This document shows, in pieces, positions 38,801 through 48,616 of a DNA stretch of 48,616 nucleotides. Below the pieces are notes generated by a model, which was not told the origin of the DNA, ran no database searches, and saw only the letters and a program-made list of their open reading frames with translations. The position numbers and the translations under genes are program-made. Source of the DNA: Acanthaster planci (lineage: Eukaryota). The first letter of the stretch is position 1; every line of letters starts with the position of its first letter. The DNA lies in contig NW_019091359.1 of NCBI RefSeq assembly GCF_001949145.1, positions 524,021 to 572,636 on the forward strand, in the 5' to 3' direction.

Positions 38801-41800
38801 GTCCTTTATTTCAATGCTAACTTTTCAAGTAATTTGGCTTTTTATTCTCTTTTGACAAACATGACGAATTATCACACAAAGGCATCTACACATAAGCTAA
38901 AAAGATGTAGAACTTTCTCCTTCAATCCTTTCCCTTTTGACATGTTCCGAAGTAACAATCAGGTCTCCTTTTGATTGTCGGCACAACTATTTTAAAATTT
39001 GAAATGAGTGGAGACTCCATTCTCAGCATAGCTAAAGCTTATCTTCCAACATGATAACTTCCATTAAAGAGTTTATTTTCATGGAGGTCTTTGAAAACAG
39101 TTTTTTTGCAAACTCTTCGCTTTTCTTGAAGTGACCTGATAAATGTGACTCCATTTCCCTTTACCTTCTTCCATGACTACAAAAACATCTTTAACTTGCA
39201 AGAATGCACTAAATCTGAACATCAAAGATTAACTTTTGCAACTAATAAACAAAGTAGTTATCACAAAAACAAATCCCAGAATACATTCTTCACGTTAGAC
39301 TTGGTCCAGCAAAACAAAATGACAGTCAAGTTTATTTTCCATTCAGGAATTTGCCTGTACTCAGACCCATTTTGGCTGCCCAAGTTATGGCTCAATCATT
39401 TGCTTTACATTTTTTCTGAGGACAAAACAAAAATCTGCCCCCAGTATTCTTCAATTAATGCTTTAAACACATTTTTGAATAATTCAGTGCAGCTTCAAAA
39501 TTATTGTGTTAGAAATCAATTCAAATCTAAGAACAAATATACAGACATAAAGAAACATCAAGAGAATGCACTTTAAACAAAGTTCTGTTACCCTTTTACA
39601 CACAGGCAGGAGCACTTTCACAAAAAGAAGAAATGTCAAGAAGAATTTTAATAGGCTGTTTCAAGAGGTAATGCAGCATTTAAATGAACATGAAAAGTAA
39701 TCTGTTGTCATATTAAAGAAAAAAACAATAACAAACCAAAAAACCTAACTTGGCAGGGCATTTTGAAGAAAAGAACAAGTTATGCTGGATAAATCCCACA
39801 AAGTTGAGAAGCACTGAAAAAAAGCCACAATCGATGAATCTATGAAGAAATCTTACCCATAAGCAGTACGGTGAGAACAGCAAGAGCCCACATTTCAGCA
39901 GACAGGACAACAGACTGAAGTGAGCAAACCAGACCTACAAAACAATTGGTCTGTCTCCACAGGCAGCCTGTGTCGTAATGTGAACAGACTGAGCCAATCC
40001 AGGCTGAACTTGCCAACTCACTCTAAACCCATCCAGCGCTGGGTACGAGTAGGCTGTGTGGTGCCTACAGCCTATACCCACTCGGGCGTGACAATTGTTC
40101 ATTTGGTTGGCAGTGTACATTGCCCTGAGCTAACCACAACCACGAAATACGAGGGGCAAGAATGACGTCAAACACAGCCTCAACAAGAATCAGCATCCAT
40201 TAACCAAGCTCCACTTCAGACGATTTCATAGTTCTGAAACATTTGAATGTTCACTTTCACACACTCTGCCCAGTGATGCTTGAAATTGTAAGGGCAATGG
40301 AATATGTGTAGGGAATGATAAAGCAACTTGTTTACTTCAGCTGGATCATTTTGGAAATCAGTCTGTCGACTTTGAACATCTTACCAAGCAAATACCGACT
40401 ACTTATCCTCAAATCCTGCTAGACTTGAATATGAAGCTTTAGGAGATATCTGCCTGGTCTGGTGGGAGGGTCTGAAGGCCAATAGAACAGTTCACCTTGT
40501 AACTTACTGCTTGGTTGATCATGAGATCATATTCAACCTTGATCAAATACTGTGTTATTATTTATTTCACAGTTTAAATGGCCAGACTGCGTAGTTAAGC
40601 CAGTTTCTATTCAACCTGCAGAAATGCTTTGTCACTTGTTTGTACCACTCTGTGCCTGCATGGGTGACAACAACACTAATGCAATCACGAATTTATCCTT
40701 GTTGCATTTGGATTTCTTTTGGAAAGGAAATGGGAAACCTTTTCTCAGAAACTAGGGTAGAACTGATCACTATATTACAAAGGGGCATATGATATTTGGT
40801 AGCTGGAGTTGATCTAGATTTTGAGACTTCAAATCACAACGTAGGTTCCACAAGAGAAGCGGCAAGATTTTTCCTCACTCCCCTTCTGTGGTGTCTACAA
40901 ATCACCTGCATGGATGGACAAGCCATGGATGGATTAAGTAACCCACAGGCCCTAGGTACCAGTGTTCTGTGGGCCCTACTCCAGCCCAGGCTAGTGGTGT
41001 TATTCTGGTTTTCAGACCAAAGGGCAAAATTGGAGTTTCTTTCTATAAAACCATAGTCTAAATTTTGTTTTCATCCCTAGAGAATCCTTGAACCCACCCC
41101 TTTCTATGTCTGTTGGATAATTCAGTCCAGCTAGTAATTTTGAAATGTGCAAATCACAAGTTTACTTAAATTCTCCCTGCATAACCAAACTTTATGCAAT
41201 AACAGGTTTGATTAACTTGGTCAGGACATTTGCATATGCTAATCTTGCAACCTGTATGTAATTTCCCATCTCACTCTGAGTATAAATGTTAACAGTCTTA
41301 AACTTTTTTTTTTCTTTAACAAGTTGAACAAACTCTGTCATTTACATCTACCAAGCAAAGTGAACTCTGTTACCAATGGTGTCTATCCACAGGAGTCTTA
41401 ATGCCTCATTACACTACATGTAATGCAAATGTCCTGACCATTCAGGCCCCCCAAAATATCTGTTACGAAGTCAGATATTATTTTAGCATGAACATTGATA
41501 ACTTCAACACAGGGATTAAAAAAAACAGAACTCACAAAGGAAGGACAGCGGAGACAAAGGTTAACTTAATTAAAATTAAATTAATCTTTCGAAAACCAGA
41601 AAACGCAACAAAAGTATTCTATTAACAAAGGACAAATTATACAATCAAAAATGCACTCAAATAATCAAAGAGATACTGGTATCCAACTAAAATGTGTGGA
41701 GGGGCGTTGTGATGGGAGCCTGGTACAGTCACCGCAGCCAGTTTTGGGTCCCAAGCAGGAGATGGTGGTCATCCAGGCTGACCATCATGGTCTTGATAGA

Positions 41801-42322
41801 CGGTGGTGAGCTCAGGTCTTGGTCTTGAGCGGGCCTCACAGGAATCCAAGCGGGAGCTCAGGGTTGAGGCGACTTGACCTTGGCTTGTCTTGACTGGATT
41901 ATGGCCCCTTGGGCATGGGCTATACAAAGCGCTGACAATCGGTGGAATGTTGGAGAGTGGCAGCAGATTATAGGCCCCTTGTGGAAAGCAAAGCTCTGCT
42001 GCGACATAGACACACCCACATTTATAAGAGAACGTGTCACAATGCTTAACCAAAAAGAATGTTATGAACGCAAGGACTGGAAAATATGCTAATCATCTAA
42101 GCCGGATGTAACAGGCAGATTAGAGACCAACATCTTATGTATACTTACATGCACATGCTAACATGCCTAACAACCTTAAAGCAATATGGTACAAAGTACA
42201 TTTTCAGTTTGTACACTCTGTTCTCAGGTTGCCAGCTGATACACTGTAGAAAGCTCTAAACCCACATTTTTCAGGGTGGAGGAATGAATGGCCGTCGCCA
42301 CTTCCAGCCCTCCCCTAAAACG

Positions 42323-42573
42323 GGGCGTAGCGAAGGCGGGGCGGGGGGGTGGTGTCAGAGTCAATTTGCTGACTTGTCAATTGTTTGCCAACCTCTTGTC
42401 ATGTAAAATGGAAATCCGTGATTTGCTGTATTTCATGCTTCAGGGGAAATGGCCAATGTATACTGTTTATGTACCAATTTTGGATTAATTTGCTAACTGA
42501 AGCTCTTTTTGCTGACTGGAACTTAATAATGGGGAGTGCTGCTTCCAACCCCCCTCCCCCAGTCGCTACGCCC
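42323..42573. mobile_element. MITE with 11-bp perfect TIR GGGCGTAGCGA / TCGCTACGCCC
   Basis: Inverted termini with G/C-run subterminal tracts; similar style to the 26285-26479 and 43712 elements. Confidence 0.55.
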
Positions 42574-42844
42574 AACTCAAAAAAAGTGTACTCTTGGGTG
42601 TGGGGGGGGTGTGTACCTTCTAGGATTTGCATCCCTTTCTGGTACATTCATTTTGTGCTTTCATTTAATAAAGGGTTTATTGGTTCGGAAAGGCACATTC
42701 AGGTTGAAATCATCAATAAATGTCCAGCCCAAAGTGCCTCTAAACATTACTCAAACTATCCGAACTCCATAATGTGATGGGGAATGTAGAGCCTGATGAA
42801 GCAATTAAACCGAAGCATGCAGCCAAACAAACACAATATGCATC

Positions 42845-43035
42845 TGTACTCTCACAGGAATCCTTTCATACTCCTGGGTATAGAGAGAGTCAAGTGGGGG
42901 GGTACAGTAACTTGCCTATAAGGTCACAGCATGTAAGCAACTGCTGATTTTGATACCCCAACCTTTAACTGGGAACCATGTCACAGATTCTAAACCCAGA
43001 CTTTTAAACTGGGAGCCATGTTACAGATTCTAACT
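42845..43035 (-). mobile_element. Probable decayed SINE remnant with a short internal duplication
   Basis: TACTCCTGGGT..GAGAG..CAAGTG..GTAACTTGCC..AAGGTCACA resembles the reverse-strand CORE-SINE pattern from memory; AACTGGGA.CCATGT.ACAGATTCTAA occurs twice. Confidence 0.4.
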
Positions 43036-43711
43036 GGTATCTATGATGTCAATCCATTTCAGTCCATCACTGCTTGGAAATAAAAAGCAACACATCTTGC
43101 GTTACTAGTCTAATTCCATGGGGTCGATTTCTGCCACTTCATCTGACAGGTGAGGTTGAGCCAGAACGGACCTAGGAAATTCTTGTTGCATCAAAATGGC
43201 AATGTGCAAAATTTATCTGTTCTGGAACAGATCCTTGTTAAAAATGCAGAAGAGAGCAACTGTGGCAAATCAGAGCAAACCGTCACTGCTGCTGAAAGTT
43301 AATGGGACAGTGAGTTCTCTTGTCCAGTGTATTACCTTCCACCATCATCGTAATGGCTTGATTTGTCTTACAAAGAAACCCACATTACGTGTCATTCTTT
43401 AATGTGCTAAACATTACATATGAGATCACTGTGTGGCAACAAAAGATGATAAGATAAAGTGCTTTGTAAAGTCAAAGTCAAAGAAAAATACAAACTGCAT
43501 CTTTCAGTGAAAATGAAAGTCTTCTAGGAGCAACGATCTACGTGTAACAGGCTAACAGCGACACTGATACACAGAATAAATGGACTTATTTTAATTTAGT
43601 CAGCTATTTTGTATTGTTTGGTAATTCCATGAAGTTTCTGGAAATGCTCATCCTTAGCTTCCATTTGCTTGAGCACCATATTCATTAACTAAACACCTAA
43701 TCACACTGGAC

Positions 43712-43965
43712 CAGTGGCAAAGCTAGGATTTTACTAGTGGGGGGAGGGAACACAAGGAGGGCACCAGCATCTCAGGGGGGGCACCAGCATCTTATGTGGG
43801 GGGGGCACCAGCATCTTATGTGGGGGGGGGGCACCAGCATCTTATGGGGAAGCACCAGATTTCAGTGGTGTGTTTTATTTGTCAGCCTTGTTTAATATCC
43901 ATTCATCCATTTTTTTTGGGGGGGGGGAAACCAGGGACATGCTCCCCTCCCCGGCTATGCTCCTG
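43712..43965. mobile_element. Non-autonomous hAT-type MITE with an internal GGGGGCACCAGCATCT minisatellite
   Basis: CAG...CTG termini, degenerate TIR (CAGTGGCAAAGC / GCTATGCTCCTG), perfect 8-bp TSD CACTGGAC at 43704-43711 and 43966-43973. Confidence 0.8.
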
Positions 43966-45477
43966 CACTGGACCTAGGAGTGTTTCATCAGAGAAAAATG
44001 AACAATCCAAAGAGAGAACAAATTCACTGTCATCAAATTTGGATAAACTGAGAATATTATTTGATAACTGAACTTGAATACTCATTCATTTGTGTGAAAA
44101 AAAGGGGTTAGATTTTCATATTTTGCTATTAAAGGTTTCCATTTTCCTTGCCCATTATTGTTGTTAATGTGCATGGCAATGAGCCAGTGAACAACCTATT
44201 CTCAGAAATGTTTTCATACAGCAACTTTGGGGTTCAAAATGTGAACATGAAAACATGTAAACTGAACAATGTCTGTCTGGATTTACATCACACTAACAGC
44301 GCCTTCATTTGAATGAACTGTGCATTCCTGTGATTTGTAGATAGAATACAACTGTCTTTATGATGTATTTACAGTGGAGTAATAACGGAATATGTTAATT
44401 TCTAATCTAGTATTTAACTAAGAACCTTTGGGTTATTGTTAAAAAGTGGGAAAAATAACTGTACATTGTAGGACTTCTTATACTGACATATTCCTTGATT
44501 TAGAGTAATGCCAGCGCAGACCAATGACAGAGGTGACCCTTATCACGTGACCTCACTTCTTGAACAACTTCACTCGATGTGATTACATTGCATTACATAC
44601 GTTATGAATTCTAGATCAGAGTTTTAATGAGTACCTTGCTGGTATGTTGAAAAGAGTGATAATATGTATGATAATATGTATGTATAGAAAGCACAACAAT
44701 CAGTTACATAACACATGGGGTTAAACCTAGTGGGGTGGCTTGGGAGAACCCGAGGCATTTCAAGGGGACAACGAAGCCAAATGAAGTGAAACCTATGTAT
44801 GTTTTTGTTTCTAAGATTGCATCAAAGTTCCAAAAGTCAGGTCTACCTGAATCATATGTGGGAGGATGTAGAACTTGCAGCCACACATTGTCATTGTTTT
44901 TATGACTGCAATGCAAGCGCTCAGTGTGGACACTTCACAAAAAACGTGTCGAAAACAGATGTGGTGTCAGGAATCATTTGAAGCAAGATATGGGACGGGT
45001 AGAACTCCCCGCCTTTGTGTTGGTCATTGTTTGATTGGAATCTCAGGAATTCTACTTCTAGGTGGATGAGTTAGGTAACAATAGTCTAGAGTGTGTATAG
45101 GGATTGGACAGGTAAGGGCGTACCTTTCTGTCCCATATCTTGCCTGGTATATCAGGAATTGGCATCTGCCACTGCTCACAGCATACTGTGAACTTTTCAT
45201 AATAAACTTGATATTTTTGCACCAACACACAGTCATGTTGCAGATAAACCTTTCAGATTTTCCACAAATTTATTCCATCCATTTACTTGTGGGTTTAAGA
45301 AGAACTGCACCTGGCAACTTTTTAAAAAGGGAGAAATTCATTTAGTAAAACCACACTTACATAAATCTGTAAATTCTGTGAAAACAGAGCAAACTCATCA
45401 AGAACCACCAAGTGTCAATTTTAGGTGTCAGCAAAAACATAACACATTCACTGGAAGGTCAGCCTAGGCAAAACAGC

Positions 45478-46234
45478 NNNNNNNNNNNNNNNNNNNNNNN
45501 NNNNNNNNNNNNNNNNNNNNNNNNNNNNNNNNNNNNNNNNNNNNNNNNNNNNNNNNNNNNNNNNNNNNNNNNNNNNNNNNNNNNNNNNNNNNNNNNNNNN
45601 NNNNNNNNNNNNNNNNNNNNNNNNNNNNNNNNNNNNNNNNNNNNNNNNNNNNNNNNNNNNNNNNNNNNNNNNNNNNNNNNNNNNNNNNNNNNNNNNNNNN
45701 NNNNNNNNNNNNNNNNNNNNNNNNNNNNNNNNNNNNNNNNNNNNNNNNNNNNNNNNNNNNNNNNNNNNNNNNNNNNNNNNNNNNNNNNNNNNNNNNNNNN
45801 NNNNNNNNNNNNNNNNNNNNNNNNNNNNNNNNNNNNNNNNNNNNNNNNNNNNNNNNNNNNNNNNNNNNNNNNNNNNNNNNNNNNNNNNNNNNNNNNNNNN
45901 NNNNNNNNNNNNNNNNNNNNNNNNNNNNNNNNNNNNNNNNNNNNNNNNNNNNNNNNNNNNNNNNNNNNNNNNNNNNNNNNNNNNNNNNNNNNNNNNNNNN
46001 NNNNNNNNNNNNNNNNNNNNNNNNNNNNNNNNNNNNNNNNNNNNNNNNNNNNNNNNNNNNNNNNNNNNNNNNNNNNNNNNNNNNNNNNNNNNNNNNNNNN
46101 NNNNNNNNNNNNNNNNNNNNNNNNNNNNNNNNNNNNNNNNNNNNNNNNNNNNNNNNNNNNNNNNNNNNNNNNNNNNNNNNNNNNNNNNNNNNNNNNNNNN
46201 NNNNNNNNNNNNNNNNNNNNNNNNNNNNNNNNNN
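45478..46234. other. Assembly gap (757 N)
   Basis: Run of N. Confidence 1.
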
Positions 46235-47132
46235 CTTCTAGTCTAACATTTATAATATCAGTCATGTTTAGGGTAGAGCAAATTGTTGTGCAAGTAAAGG
46301 CCACTGAATTAGGAGTAACACAATAAACATCTTAAAAGTGTCACACTAAATGAGACAACAATACCCCATACAATGCTGGGGTTACATTACCAGCCACATA
46401 AACACGCTAAGTTTTTCACATATCATACATGTACTGATACTAAGGACTAAAAATAATCTTCTTCAGTCCCAAAAATAAACTGAAACTGCTTGCAAATGTA
46501 AAAGTCAACGAATTCATGAACAATACTATACAACATTGAATGTTCAAGGAACAGTCTCTTCAGATGTGTTCATGCCATATATCCGTGTTCCTGACTCATT
46601 GCAACTGCATCTTATTGGGCACTGAATTATATAGTCCATATAATGAAAAGCTAACTTAGAATTTTAAAATAATTTGTAAAAAAAAATAACTACCAACTCA
46701 CCTTCTACTTCTTTTTTCCCTTCTCATTTTATTTTGGAGGTCAAACCCACTCACAACACCCATCGTACTTGATTAAACATTTACTTGATCAGTTTTCTTC
46801 TTCTGATGTTACTAAATTCTCACAGACCCCAACTTGTCCCGTAACACAAAATATATACAACTCTGATCCAACTCAACAAAATAAGTTTGAAATCACCAGA
46901 ACTACTGGTAGTTTGGGGGTTATGTGCCCTTGAACATATCTTATGCAATGGAAACCAAAAGGAAAGGTTGTTTTTCACTCATGAAATCCATCTTAAACAA
47001 GGTGTAAAACCGGTACACTGTGGTACAGTGAGGAAATTAATATAGTGAAGTACTTTATGGGGGATACATCAGCTACTGACATGCTCATGGAAGCCACGCC
47101 ACTGGCACATTGACTTCATCAATTGGGAAAGT

Positions 47133-47357
47133 AATAGACTGATTGCGCCCGCTCAATCATGTGACCTACAGTGGGTATCAGCCCCATATAAATGTGTGTT
47201 GAGTGTTGTTTACAAACGATAAAGCCAATTTACATTATAGTACCCAGCACATTTATTTTTGGTAAATGATACTTTGCTTTTAGTGGACGCTGTGTTTGTT
47301 GATATTTAATACCCACTATAGGTCACGTGACTTAGCGGCATGCACAAACGGTCTATT
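47133..47357. mobile_element. MITE with about 46-bp imperfect TIR upstream of the GPCR
   Basis: AATAGAC..CCGCT..TCA(T/C)GTGACCTA(C/T)AGTGGGTAT arms in inverted orientation. Confidence 0.65.
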
Positions 47358-47739
47358 CACAGAAACTCCAGTAAGCTCTAAGCAGGAAACCAATGGTGTC
47401 ATCTGCCAATGAAGATAAGACAGGAAACAGAGAATTGCAACATCTATTGAAGTGTCAAATCACCATCGACAAATATGTCACCAGGCTCTTCAGTAGAAAT
47501 GACTGTGTAGACTACCAATCAAAGAATCATAAACTAATGACAAGCAACTCACATGACTTGATATTTGAGCCAGTGACTAATTGTTACGATGCTAAACTTG
47601 CATTTTCTGTTGTAGTATACTGGAGAGGCATGTAGCCAACAACAAATGGAATTCAACAGCTGAGATCTCACAGTAGGGCTCACTACTCTTTGGAGTTTCT
47701 GAAAAATGATGCAAACACAGATACAATGCTTCATGAACT

Positions 47740-48616
47740 ATGGATGAAGACTTCAAAGATAACTATTCCATTGGGAGGACTGATGTTTTAGAGTATCTTG
47801 AGAGCTATCGCAGGATTGAACAAAGAAGCCTACAAATACAGCTATTAAGTACTGAAATCATCGCACCAATCGGCCTCTTCATAAACATAGTCTTCCTCTA
47901 CACTGTCATGCGAGTGAAGTCCATGCATACAATCATCAACATCTACTTATCCAATCTGGCAGTTGCTGATTCACTTTGGCTCCTTAGTTGCTTAGTGTTT
48001 TCACTACTTTCACCTTTGGAGTACACATTGCTTTTAAACCAAGCAATTACGAGTATCCAAAGTATGCTCCAAGCTGCTTCTAATTTCTTTGTGGTTGTCA
48101 TAGCAGCTGAGAGGTTCTCGGCAGTGCACCATCCACTGACTTTCAGAGAGAAAGCTTCTAAATCGCGAGCCGTAAAGATATCAGCAGGGCTCTGGGTGCT
48201 GATAGTAACCACTGGTGTGACTTTCACATTCTTACCAATCTCAAAGGACTTCTTTTTTGAAATAATCTTATGGACTGAATTCATCATTTCCATTGTTTGT
48301 TTGACTGTAACTCTCGCTTTGTACATCTACATAGTTGCAAAAATCTGCAATCAAACGACCAAACTGCCAAAGCATCCAAAAAAAGCAGGCAAGGTGCTAC
48401 GTATGGTTATCATCAATACTGCAATTTTCTTCACACTGAACTCACTTGACACTACTTTTGCCATAATTTTCGTTGTTGCAAAAAATTACAATATAGACAT
48501 ACCTAGCCAGGCTCTGGAAGCTTTGAAACTTTTAACTACATTACAGATTATGGTTGCATGTTCAGCAATCTTGCAGGTGATCAGCAGCTCCATTGATCCC
48601 CTAGTCTACAGTGCAA
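47740..48616 (+). CDS. Intronless rhodopsin-family (class A) GPCR, truncated by the window end in TM7; orphan or putative chemoreceptor
   Basis: Hand translation from ATG 47740 (in-frame TGA just upstream) is open to the window end: MDEDFKDNYS..IAPIGLFINIVFL (TM1), NIYLSNLAVAD (TM2), ERF..HP (TM3/ICL2), W in TM4, DPLVY (TM7); seven hydrophobic segments. Confidence 0.92.
   Translation, partial: MDEDFKDNYSIGRTDVLEYLESYRRIEQRSLQIQLLSTEIIAPIGLFINIVFLYTVMRVKSMHTIINIYLSNLAVADSLWLLSCLVFSLLSPLEYTLLLNQAITSIQSMLQAASNFFVVVIAAERFSAVHHPLTFREKASKSRAVKISAGLWVLIVTTGVTFTFLPISKDFFFEIILWTEFIISIVCLTVTLALYIYIVAKICNQTTKLPKHPKKAGKVLRMVIINTAIFFTLNSLDTTFAIIFVVAKNYNIDIPSQALEALKLLTTLQIMVACSAILQVISSSIDPLVYSA

Noticed and set aside
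39920..40500. Possible upstream exons (donor-like sites near 40021 and 40384)
   Set aside because: Frames contain stops or do not end in phase 1, and there is no signal peptide or domain motif
45412..46326. 304-aa and 281-aa ORFs
   Set aside because: Artefacts of the N gap
47943..48326. 127-aa minus-strand ORF
   Set aside because: Antisense shadow of the GPCR coding frame

Overview
Eukaryotic (animal) genomic DNA, AT-rich and intron-rich. By inference from its repeat content and GPCR style it is probably a marine invertebrate such as an echinoderm. One large minus-strand gene dominates the window. I hand-spliced 22 GT-AG exons (35833 down to 616; 5721 nt, about 1907 aa) with consistent phases. 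The predicted extracellular protein reads, N to C: six-bladed LDLR-class-B (YWTD) beta-propeller, 6 EGF domains (5 calcium-binding type), one sushi/CCP domain, then at least 12 complete cadherin repeats and a 13th that continues past the left edge. Its 5' (signal peptide) exon could not be located. An intronless rhodopsin-class GPCR with atypical motifs starts at 47740 on the plus strand and runs off the right edge; the ORF track missed it. Introns and flanks contain a solo LTR with a 4-bp TSD, a tRNA-Thr-derived element, two LINE RT relics, several MITE/foldback elements, tandem repeats and a 757-N assembly gap. No database searches were run; family calls rest on motif recognition.
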